Positions 53,411 to 64,000 of a stretch of DNA of 64,000 nucleotides are shown piece after piece. A program made the translations under genes and the position numbers. Origin of the DNA: Octopus sinensis. Its lineage: Eukaryota. Where the stretch lies: positions 1,364,001 through 1,428,000 of the forward strand of contig NC_043009.1 of assembly GCF_006345805.1 (NCBI RefSeq), read 5' to 3'. The notes under the pieces are model-generated. The model saw only the letters and a list, made by a program, of their open reading frames with translations, was not told the DNA's origin and searched no databases. The number at the start of each line of letters is the position of its first letter. The stretch's first letter is position 1.

Positions 53411-54193
53411 TCATAAATAGATAAATAACCTGAAGGCTATTGTAACAGAAGCAATGTAACCCAGAACAGACAGACATCATCATCATCATTTAACGTATAT
53501 GTTCCATGCTGGCATGGAACAGCACAACATCTGGTTTCAAATGAAATAAGGATCTTGTATATGCTGTATAGGGAGTTGGAAATCTTCAATGAAAAGAGAC
53601 AATTTTCATGCAATTTACAAGATTCTTTTTGATTCCCCTAAAAACTGTCTTTGGCATGGATTTATCAGGTTTCATTTGCAAAGGATCAAATAAATAAATT
53701 TTCAGAAAAAAACATTCCCCTTCTTTCCTTTGCCCCCACCTACAAAAAAAGGGGGCAATTTTTCCACTGACATATTGTATATATTGCAAACTTGTAATGA
53801 GTTGTGGTTGTTTATTTTCTTTTGTTTTGTTTTTTTATAGAAAAATGTTAGCTTTTAGTATCAAGATTTATTCTAAATATTCCTGTTTTTTTTTTCTTTT
53901 TGATAAAGGAATTTTATAAACATTTGAATCAAAATAAAATGAAAGTGAAAAAAAGTTGAAATTCAGATTGTTTTGATTTTTATCTTTTTTTTTATAAATT
54001 TTAATCTTATTTCAGTGAATTATTATTGTTGGTTTGTTTAATTCTGTTTTTCAACTTTGTGTCTTTCAGTAACCAAGAGTTACAACTAGTACTGTTGACA
54101 GTGTTTGGGACCTCTTAACAAAACCTCTGTAACTCTGACCCACTTACTGGAATCTTAGTTAATTTTGGATAAAATTATGTACATTAAAATTTA

Positions 54194-54343
54194 CATTATT
54201 TACATTTGATGGATATTTGTCCTCATCTTGTTCGTTGATAACAACGTTTTGGCTGATATAAGAAAGCTGGTGGGTATATCAACCGAAACATTGTATTAAC
54301 AACAAACAAGATGAGGACAAATATCCGTCGAATGTAAATAATG
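54194..54343. repeat. Fold-back hairpin made of the 3' end of the 50007-50497 family
   Basis: CATTATTTACATT..GGATATTTGTCCTCATCTTGTT pairs with AACAAGATGAGGACAAATATCC..AATGTAAATAATG; ~14-nt centre. Confidence 0.85.
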
Positions 54344-55356
54344 AAAATAACTACTGAATTATTCCTCCAATTGTGTTCACTTGTTGTGGAACTTTATAGC
54401 CCAGGTCCAACCTCAATATTATGCGTGAGACAGAATAAAATCTACTGTAAAATGTTTGCTTGATATGTTGTTATATCACTCATACGCAACGTCACATGAC
54501 ATACCCACCTAAATAACAGCACAACTGAAGGAAGTGCCTCATTATGGCACAATTCAAAGGCTGAAACTAATGAAAGAAATAAAAACTGGAATGGAACTCT
54601 TCCCTTATCTGTGGTTGCTCTCTTTGAATGACACTAAAATGTTGCCAAACTTTAAAAATAAAATAATTTACAGAAAATCCATAATAAACAGTCACATACT
54701 TTAAATAAAAGTAAACGAAATAACAAATGAAGTAAAAGTTAGATTTAATTGCTGCCAAATGGTTGCAGCTATTTGCGTTTAGGTGTGGGCTACAATAAAA
54801 TAAAATGCAATGCTAAAGATAATAATAACAACGATGATGACTTTGATGATGATAATAATAATGAATGTTAAATAATGATGATGGTTATATACACCCAAAA
54901 ATGCTTTCGATTCTTTTTTTTTCCTGTTTATGTATGATTTCGTATATTGGCAGAAATCTACCATTTTTGACAGAGAACGGTGCAGTCGATTGCATCAAAT
55001 CAAGCAAATGACAAGAAATCCATATTTCCTTTTCATCAGGGAAGAATAAACAGATAAAAGAGACAGCCCCATCACTACCATCTGTATGTCATGCTAGGGA
55101 GTGGGGGAATCTTCCATAGTCCTGGGCAGACCAAAGCCCTGTGAGTGAACTTGATAGATGGGAACTGAAAGAAGCTTATCATAAAAGTGCCTGTGTGGTA
55201 TCATGTAAAATCACCCAGCACACACTCTTGGAGTGGTTGGCATTAGGAAGGGCATCCAGCCACAGAAACCATGCAAAATCAGACTGGAGTCTGGTGCGGC
55301 TCCTCAACTCTTGTTAAACCATCCAACCCATTCCAGAACAGACAATAGTTGTTAGA

Positions 55357-55745
55357 TCTCTTTTACTTGTTTCAGTCATTTGACTGCGGCTATGCTGGAG
55401 CACCGTCTTTAGTCAAGCAAGTCGCCCCCAGGACTTATTCTTTGTAAGCCTAGTACTTATTCTATCCGTCTCTTTTGCCAAACTGCTAAGTTACGGGGAC
55501 GCAAACACACCAGCATCGGTTGTCAAGCGATGTTGGGGGGGATAAACACAGACACACAAACACACACACATGTACATATATACGATGGGCTTCCTTCAGT
55601 TTCTGTCTACCAAATCCATTTATAAGGATTTGGTCGGTCCGAGGCTATACTAGGAGACACTTGCCCAAGGTGCCACGCAGTGGGACTGAACCCGGAACCC
55701 TGTGGTTGGTAAGCAAGCTACTTACCGCACAGTCACTCCTGTGTC
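55357..55745 (-). mobile_element. Family A SINE
   Basis: Matches the family A copies. Confidence 0.9.
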
Positions 55746-56238
55746 TATGATCACAGATGATGATGATTTTTATATATATATATATAAGTACTGTTGTTGC
55801 TGTGAAAAATCATGACCAACCATTATGCAGTGCAGTTTGTGTCTGAAGAATAATGGTAAATCTAACTTAGTTTGGAAACAAGTGTTGGCAACATGAAGAG
55901 CATCTGGCCATAGAAAATCTACTTCAATAAAGTTCACGTGACCAAGCATGGAAAAATGGAGGTTAAGATCGTGATGATGATGATATACATGTATATATAT
56001 GTATGTTTACAGTGTGTCTGTAAAGTTTTCTTCACTCGTCTCTGACTGGAGTATTGATTAGATGTGTGCAGGGCAACAAATGGAAGCTACGTTGAACTGT
56101 GCTAATCTGTACATAAACTTTATTAGTTGGTCTCTTTGCTCATCATGGATGTCAAATGTGTAATGTTGCAAGTTGAATCAATAAAGTTCTGAAATTCCAC
56201 CGTGACTTTACAAACACACTGTATGTACGTGTGTGTGT

Positions 56239-56273
<35 letters not shown>

Positions 56274-56439
56274 GTGTGTGTGTGGGCACGGCTGTGTGGT
56301 TTGGGAGCTTGCTCCTTAATTATGGCTGAGGGTCTAATCCCATTGTGTGACACTAAAGGTGTCATACATGCTGATTAAAGCCTTGCAAGTGAATTTGGTA
56401 GATGGAAAGCATAAGAAGTCCATTGTATGTATGTATGTA

Positions 56440-56476
<37 letters not shown>

Positions 56477-56534
56477 GATGGGGGTGGGGTATATTGCTTT
56501 GGCTTGGCATCATGTGCTGGTTGTATCTGAGTCA

Positions 56535-56700
56535 TCATCACCATCATCATTTAACGTCCGCTTTCCATGCTAGCATGGGTTGGACGATTTGACTGAGGAC
56601 TGGTGAACCAGATGGATGCACCAGGCTCCAATCTTGATCTGAAAGAGTTTCTACAGCTGGATGCCCTTCCTAACGCCAACCACTCCGAGAGTGTAGTGTT
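56535..56700 (-). mobile_element. Family C element, 3' end
   Basis: Near identical to 27560-27730. Confidence 0.85.
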
Positions 56701-57670
56701 GCCAACATACAAATAATATTGCTCATTTCCAATATTCCATGAAAAAAAAAAACTATCTAACCATGGGGAAATATTACCTTGATTAGAAGCAAGCAAGGGT
56801 TGACAACAGGTAAAACATCCAGCCCTAGAAAATCTGTTTCAACAAATTCCATCTGATCCATGTAAGCATGGAAAAATGGACATCACACCAGTTACGATAA
56901 CGATGACGACATATATGAGAATACAGGTCTATTGTGAATGGAATATTTTTATAGGCATCACTCATTCTCTCTCTCTCATATACGTGTGTGTGTGCATGCG
57001 TGCGTGCACATGTGTCTGTGTAAATACATAACTCGAGAACTTATTAACCAGAACTTCGATACATTAATGTCTCGCAGTATCAATACACTAATACATTAAA
57101 CTGGTCAACAGACTCTCACACTATGTATTTAACTAATTCTATTTGTTATATTATATTAATATATTAATATCTCTAATGGCTTGTGAGGGCAGCATTGTGA
57201 AGAAACAGTAGTTTGGTCCAATGCTTCTGTATGCTAAGAAGAGATTGGCTGGGTGTTTTGCTTCATAATAGCCATCGTCCAAGTAAGGAGAGGGTGTGTC
57301 TACTCTGTTGGATAATTAATAGCAGGAGAATGAGTATCAGAAGAATCAACTGTGCTAACCAATGCTTCAAGTTGTTATCAGTGTCAGCTTTTTGAAAGAA
57401 TACCGAAGAGTTTGCAACATCAGCAAAAGGCAGTGGTGAGAGTTGGATTATGTGAGTTTCATTGTCAATGGAGACTGTTCCTCAGACATGGCTATAGGAA
57501 AATGGTGATGCCAGTGTATATATTGGTGCATATTTTTATTTTGGAATAAAAACAATTTTACATTAAATTGAGGAATTACTCAATATATTTGGTAGAGTAT
57601 AAATTTATTATTCTTCAACAAGAATAGTAAAGCTAGTGATTTCGGAGTTTTAGTCAGCTAAGCCATTATC

Positions 57671-57715
<45 letters not shown>

Positions 57716-58245
57716 ACACACATGTATATATTTTCCACAATTAATAATGAAGAATAAAATCTCAAATAAACCAAAATACACACACAAACCCACCCAAATA
57801 TACACACCTTAACACAAACTGTAACATACACTCATACACAAGCACACATTTTGTATTTTCTTCTTTGAAAGTGGTTCAACCAAAACAAACTGCTTTTTTT
57901 AGTTCTCAATGTAAGATGTGAGAGTTTTATATTCTTTTATTATTTAGAACTTAGCACAACGTTTGTTTCAATAAATGTCTGACCAACATAAGACTTGTTG
58001 TTTGAAATGAACTTTGAGCCAATCTACAGCTGCTAAATGCTAAGGTTAAAAATGCATTAAAAGTTGTTTTTTTTACATTCATATATTTTTTTTCTGTGAT
58101 TAAAACAAATTCAACTTTTTAACATAAGAGGAAATATTTTCTGTTCTATGTTTTCTTGTGTGTGAAAAGAAAAATACAGCAATGTTTTCACAGAATAAAT
58201 GCTTTTGTATTACAGTTTAATTGAAAATATATTGTTGTACATAAA

Positions 58246-58540
58246 GTGGAGGCACATGGCCTAGTGGTTAGAGCAGCGGACTCGCAATCGAGGGTTCGAA
58301 TCTCAGACCGGGCGATGTGTGTGTTTATGAGCGAAACACCTAAGCTCCACGCAGCTCCAGCAGAAGGTAATGGTGAAACTTCTGCTGACTCTTTCACTAC
58401 AACTTTCTCTCACTCTTTCCTCCTGCATCTTGCAGCTCACCTGCGACGGACCGGCGTCCCGTCTAGGTGGGGAACCTATACGCCAAGGAAACCGGGAAAC
58501 CAGCCCTTATGAGCCAGGTGTGGCCCGAGAAGGAACAAAC
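58246..58540 (+). mobile_element. tRNA-derived SINE (family D subtype)
   Basis: TGGCCTAGTGGTTAGAGC (box A), GGTTCGAATCTC (box B); related copy at 63186. Confidence 0.85.
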
Positions 58541-58990
58541 ATATTCATAAAGTAAGTTTGACATATATAAAAGAATTGAGAAGGAAAGAAGGAAGAAAAA
58601 TATGGATCATATTTTACTTCAAGTCTTTTGAATAGAAAAGGGTTTTTAGAGCATTTTTGTAAGAGTTGCAGCTAAAAGAAGATCCCTAGTAGAAGAAACG
58701 GGTGGGCCATATTTAACCAACCAGCATCCAGTTTATGCTGATCTTCAGCTTTTCAGTTTTGGCTAATTTTTTCCATATTTAAAACCACATGCAGATAAAG
58801 AATATGTAGGGATGTCACTATAAAGGATTGGATTGTCAGATAAATTTGTTTCATTCAAATGTTATTTGAATTAATATGAAAAATATTTTTATCTTAGTGC
58901 TTTTTGGTTTTTGTGGCTCTATTCTTCTGAAACTTCTGCATATCATTTTTGAAATTTGAATAAATCTTACCTCATCCTAGATGTATAATA

Positions 58991-59900
58991 ATGGAATGCT
59001 TAAAAGACAAAAAAACAGGCATTTTTTGACACTTGTTCCTCTTTGCTTTCAATTAAGGTTCCAGGGTGACTTCATTCTAATACATTAAATTAAGCAATTT
59101 ATTGAGTGTGTGTCTTTCCTGAAGCTTAAATCATTCAGCACCTGTTAAACTTATTTGAACACTGTTTGAACTGTTCAAATGAGATCAAACTACCAGCCTG
59201 ATCAACTGACTGACATGGGTTATTTGATAACAGTAAACGTAATATATTATATTGTTTGTAACACCACTTTTACGTAACATTCGTATGTTTTTCAGTTATA
59301 TGAAATCTACTTTTAAAACCTTTGTTAAACAAAATCCAGGATTGTTATCCCATATATTGATATCTAGGTTCCGTAGCTCCTTGAGAAATGGGTGCTGGGT
59401 GTAGAGAAGGATATCTCTTCTGAAAGAACTTAGCAGAAACAGCATTCAAACTTCAGGAGGAGAAAATTCAGCCTCACAAACTCTTTTCACTCAGGTCGGC
59501 CTGTTCAGTTTAATGAAGATCAATTGAACTAGTTCGTCCATGAGGATCCTCACCACTCCACTCTGTTAGGAAATTGGCCCTGGCAATGGGATGCTCTCAA
59601 GATGCTGTTGCCTGTCACTTTTACTCAATGAGTTCAGTCTGGAGACTCAGTGCATGGGCGCCACATGTTCTGCTCCTCTGTCACCATTAGTTTGCTTACA
59701 CAACATAAAGCTACTCGTGGGCATAAACTGAGATTTCTTTACCACACCATCACCAATGATGAAAATGGTGCTTTTACATCAATATGAAGCAGAGGAAGGA
59801 ATGGCTAAGTGCCAAAAAGCCTTGAGCCAAGCCAGAGCTGCATCCATACCACAAGAAAACGACCTCATGAAACTGAGAAGGGCTGATTCAATACAAAATG
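58991..59900 (+). pseudogene. Interrupted mariner transposase fossil (N-terminal half)
   Basis: Degenerate HFRHxLLFxF-like start at about 58991-59060; SGRP-like motif, WAPHVL, RFLYHTITNDEK, AKPELHP at 59480-59850. Confidence 0.75.
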
Positions 59901-60249
59901 CAGATTTACATTCAGGAAATGCATCTTTGTAAGACAGAGGAAGATTTGGCTATTATTTCTAGTAAATTGAATGACCATATGAATGGCTTACTTTTTTTAT
60001 ATTCTTTTTTTCTTACCTTTTTTTTTTTTTATTCTTTTGCAATTTTAATTCTGATCAGCTTTTTAATGACGCAACCATCTGCTACCACCTTACCAATTCT
60101 ACTGAATCTTTCTTCCAAGTTTTGATATGTTTTCTTTTTAAAAAACATGAATAGCTAAATAGTGCAAACAGCAATGACCTTAACTTTATAGAATTATCAG
60201 AAAATTAAAAAAAAGAGAAACATATACAAAAATATAAAATGCTAATTAC

Positions 60250-60360
60250 CTTTTGTTTTTCTGTTTATGTTTTGTTTTTGAGCGTTTTGTTTGATTTTTT
60301 TATAACAAAAACAAAAAAGTATTTCTTACCTGCAAAAAGAAAGAAAAACAATTTCATTAG
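60250..60360 (-). promoter_or_regulatory. Candidate recursive splice site (ratchet point) with an 80-nt cryptic RS-exon
   Basis: Minus strand CTAAT-gaaat-TGTTTTTCTTTCTTTTTGCAG|GTAAGA; second donor AAG|GTAATT at 60250/60249. Confidence 0.55.
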
Positions 60361-60520
60361 GGAAAATATATAAATTTAAGAATGATTTTTATCAACAATT
60401 ATTCTGTAGAAAAGAATTACTAACAGTCATTTCTACTTTCCTACAACAACCAATTTTCATTCTTTTATGTTTACTTTGGGTTATCTTGCATCTCTATTTC
60501 AATGAGTATGAAAAAATCTG

Positions 60521-60562
60521 TTTCCCTGATGAGGTCATCACAAGACTGAAACATGTCTGGAG
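60521..60562 (+). ncRNA. Minimal hammerhead ribozyme motif with an intact core
   Basis: TTTCC-CTGATGA-GGTC-ATCACAA-GACT-GAAA-CATG-TC-TGGAG; palindromic ACATGT stem III; GUC triplet; AATAAA about 20 nt downstream. Confidence 0.7.
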
Positions 60563-60979
60563 TTATCTCCCATATTTACAGAATAAAAAAAAAAAAAACA
60601 GGCATTAGTCAATTACTAATTCTGTTTTGTTTTTTTGTCCCATCAATTATTATTATTTATGTATTTTAAAAAACTTTAATGCTCCAGACATTATGTTAAC
60701 ATTAACTCAACTATTGTTCATTCTACACCAAAGATAGTTTAGATAGATGTATCACTCACGAGAGCATTGGATTACAAGAAAATAGTCCGTAGTTCACATC
60801 CTGTTACTGATAATACATTAGGTCAATTAAATATGTAAATACTAAGGAAGCTATTGCTACTAAGATGACAATTTCTTACTAACCTCATTTCAGAGAGCCG
60901 TGTTACTATTACCTTGCTCTGATATTATGTGAGTCATAAATGAGTGTCCTTTCCGTTTTCAATGTTTTTTTGAAAAACC

Positions 60980-61050
60980 TGTCTACTATAGGCTTGAGCT
61001 GACCAAAGCCTTATGAATGGATTTGGTAGATGGAGACTGAAAGAAGCTTG

Positions 61051-61092
<42 letters not shown>

Positions 61093-61270
61093 GTGTCTGT
61101 GTTTGTCTCCACCACAATCGCTTGACAACCAATGTTGGTGTGTTTATATCCCTGTAACTTGGCAGTTCGGCAAAAGAGACTGATAAAATAAGTACTAGGC
61201 TTACAAGGAATAAGTCCTGGGGTTGATCTGTTTTACTAAAGGTAGTGTTCCAGCATGGCCGCAGTCAAAT
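60980..61270 (+). mobile_element. 5'-truncated family A SINE
   Basis: Matches the family A copies. Confidence 0.85.
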
Positions 61271-61654
61271 GACATACCCAGGCCTATTTCCCACAAGAAC
61301 CACACCAGGCATTCCGTTCGTTTCCCAGCTCAAGGGTGGGGGGTGGGGGCGTTCTATGCTCAGGTCAACACATAGAAAACCTACCTGAACAAATTCCCTC
61401 TAACTCATGCAAGCATGGAAAAATAGACGTTAAAAGGATGATGGTGATGAAAACTGGTTCTGAAAGAACTAAAATTGCTACCAAACTATTGCCCCCTCCT
61501 CCCTGGCCCTCTCTGTATGAAGCAACCTGCATTGAATGACAACAACACCAATAACAACTATATTAAAAGATATATTCGAAAACAAGTAGAAGCAGTTGAA
61601 ACAAACAGTGTTGGATGAAATGCTATTCCAATGTGACTGTTAGGCAAAACATAC

Positions 61655-61945
61655 TTGTAGTGGTGGTGGTGGTGGTGAAGGTGAAAGTAGTAGTGGTTGT
61701 GGTGGTAGTAGTAGTAGGTGGCAGTAGTAGTGGTGGTAGTAGAGGTTGTGGTGGTAGTGGTGGTAGTAGTAGTAATAGTGGTGGTGGTAGTGGTAGTAGT
61801 AGTAGCATAGGTGGTGGTGTTGGTAGTGCTGGTGGCAGTAACAGTAGTGGTTGTTGAAGTAGTGGTGGTGAAGTTGGAAGTAGCAGTGGTGGTGGTGGTA
61901 GTAGTAGGAGGTGGCAGAAGCCGTAGTGGTGGTGGTAGTAATAAC
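61655..61945. repeat. (GTA/GTG)n trinucleotide low-complexity tract
   Basis: Direct reading. Confidence 0.9.
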
Positions 61946-62286
61946 AACAACAGCCTGTATTGGAATGTTTTGGTCTCCATGATTTAAAAAGAATTCTAAG
62001 AAACAAGTCTAATGCTTCCGGTTGTCTTGTCCTGTGATCTTAGGTCAGCCCTGGTCAAGGATTCCCATGTCAGGCTGAGAGTTGTTTCAATGACTTGGTA
62101 TGTATGAGACAGAGATCTATTGTTCCTCTGACACCATAAACACTGTGACAAGCTGAGAAGAGTCACATGGGGTGTAATGTGAGTGTTTGGATGTGTAGTA
62201 GTCTCTTGTTTTTGGTCTTCTGTCATGGGGTTGTTTTGCTCCTTTTCAGCCCCGGCCTAGCAGACCTCCTCCACAACATCATTGTT

Positions 62287-62500
62287 TTAACCCTTTCGAT
62301 ACCAACTTGGCTGAAACTGCCTCTGTAGTACAAATGTCTTATTTTCATAAGTTTTGAATTAAAATCTCCCACCAAACCTTAGTCACAATTTATGTTCCTG
62401 AATGATAACTAAGTTATTTTACTAAATTCTTTGTTATATTTAAAATTAATTGAAAGAAACTCAGAGCATCTCAAAATAAATACAGTAATGAAAGGGTTAA
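62287..62500. mobile_element. piggyBac-type MITE inserted in the TTAA of a (GAT)n-tailed element
   Basis: TTAA-CCCTTTCGATACCA...GTAATGAAAGGG-TTAA; the flanks rejoin as CATCATTGTTTTAACATCCACTTTCCCATGC. Confidence 0.85.
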
Positions 62501-63185
62501 CATCCACTTTCCCATGCTTGCATGGGTCAGATGGAGTTTGGGGCAGATTTTCAATGTTGGATGCCCTTCCTTTCACCAACCCTCACCTGTCTCCAAGGAA
62601 AGTATTTCTCTGTGACCAGACATGGTTTTGCAGAATAACACTACTTGTGAGACACACATACACACACAAGCGATTGCCTTTCAGTTTCTTTCTACCAAAT
62701 CCACTCGCAAGGCTTTAGTAGAAGAGACTTGCTCAAGGTGCCACGCAGTGAGACAGAACCTGAAACTATGAAGTTGGGAAGCAAACTTCTCCATCACCCA
62801 ACCATTGTCTGTGTGTCCATGATAAAAATAAAGTTCCAGCTGAAGGAGGGGGACAGCCATTGGATATAACTAAAAAAAAAAGGATGAAACCTGTTGGAGG
62901 GGTGATGATCCTGAAATGGAGATGAGGTCAAATACAGGTCAGTCAGAACAGTAGGTGGGGCCTCACATTAGTGAAGCGGGGGTCAATGCACTGAAAGCTG
63001 TCAAGAGGAGGTCTCCAAAAGGGTGCAGATTCTCTCCTGATGACCCTCAAACCAACTGACATCCAGTGTGTGGAGTCTTTGACTGATTGCATCTGCACTA
63101 GCAAGCTGATACCAAGTTGCTCTAAACTGGATGAACTAAGAAACCCCTAGTAGTAGTAGTAGTAGTAGTAGTAGTAGCAGCAGCA

Positions 63186-63535
63186 GTGGAGATGCAATGG
63201 CCCAGTGGTTAGAGCAGCGGGCTTGCGGTCGGAGGATTGCGATTTCAATCCCCAGACCAGGCGTTGTGTGTGTTTATTGAGCGAAAACACCTAAAAGTCC
63301 ATGAGGCTCTGGCAGGGGCTGGTGGCGACCCCTGTTGTACTCTTTCCCTCCAACTTTCTCTCACTCTTTCTTCCTGTTTCTTGTTCCCGACTTCCTACGC
63401 AACTGCTGAGCCTGGATGTGCATTCATCCATCCGTTGATGCTCTCGGTGTCGGGGGTTGACCTGCTTTCTCTTCTGCGGGTCTTACGAATAGCAAAGGAC
63501 CACGTTTCGGACTTCTCCCACTACAGAGGTACGAT
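63186..63535 (+). mobile_element. tRNA-derived SINE (family D subtype)
   Basis: TGGCCCAGTGGTTAGAGCAGCGGG..; matches 58246. Confidence 0.8.
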
Positions 63536-64000
63536 CTTGTGAGCTCTGGGATGAAGATAAAATCAGAGTAAAAGACCCACTGACCATCCCTGGATCAGTT
63601 GCTCTTTTCTGTCTCAAATCGATGGTTGTTATGGCTAATATTAATTCTTTTAATGTTCAAAGCCTGCATTCACATGAACAGAGAAAACTGTTACGACTGG
63701 AGACATAAATAAGAATAAGTTTAGTCGGCTGATCTTTATCACCATCTTAAGTATGGAGTTTATGCAAAGACACTGCTTTGACTAAAGATACAAGTGAGCG
63801 TGAGGTTATTTGGGTGATCTTAAGTTAACTTCAGAGTTGATGCCAGTACATATAATATCACCGAGCAATCAGCTTCGTTTCTTTCCTTTTATTATTGTCG
63901 TTTGCTTTTATTAACTGAAAGCTTTTAACAGTGAATTAACAAACTCGCAGTATAAAAATGAATGAGAGAGAAAATTTAAGATTTCAGAAGTTAATAAAAA

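Noticed and set aside
58246-58310. tRNA gene
   Set aside because: No complete cloverleaf; it continues into a SINE body seen in other copies
58965-59020. Minus-strand AG|GATGAG|GTAAGA possible 6-nt or 28-nt exon
   Set aside because: Overlaps the 5' region of the mariner fossil and has a weak acceptor context
61558-62006. Thr-rich or Gly/Ser-rich mucin-like ORFs
   Set aside because: Trinucleotide low-complexity tract with no splice or domain context

Overview
AT-rich, repeat-dense animal DNA with no intact protein-coding gene. The repeat families and the (AT)n/(AC)n load resemble octopus/cephalopod genomes (recognition, not proven). Most of the window is tRNA-derived SINEs and SINE-like repeats (called families A-D here), decayed LINEs (RTE, CR1, HERO, possibly R4), Penelope-like element (PLE) remnants, mariner/maT and hAT fossils, TTAA MITEs, microsatellites, a 1.1-kb G-rich 15-bp minisatellite and one 100-N gap. 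The listed ORFs are repeat artefacts or transposon fossils. Three signals stand out. (1) A candidate recursive-splicing site on the minus strand at 60329/60330: branch point, pyrimidine tract, CAG|GTAAGA, then an 80-nt cryptic exon ending AAG|GTAATT. A candidate 9-nt microexon lies on the same strand, which suggests the window is inside a giant minus-strand intron. (2) About ten hammerhead-ribozyme-like motifs of the minimal PLE type, including a U3-A8 compensated variant. (3) A spacerless head-to-head palindrome of a tRNA-headed element that ends in a hammerhead motif. Repeat boundaries were read by eye and are approximate.
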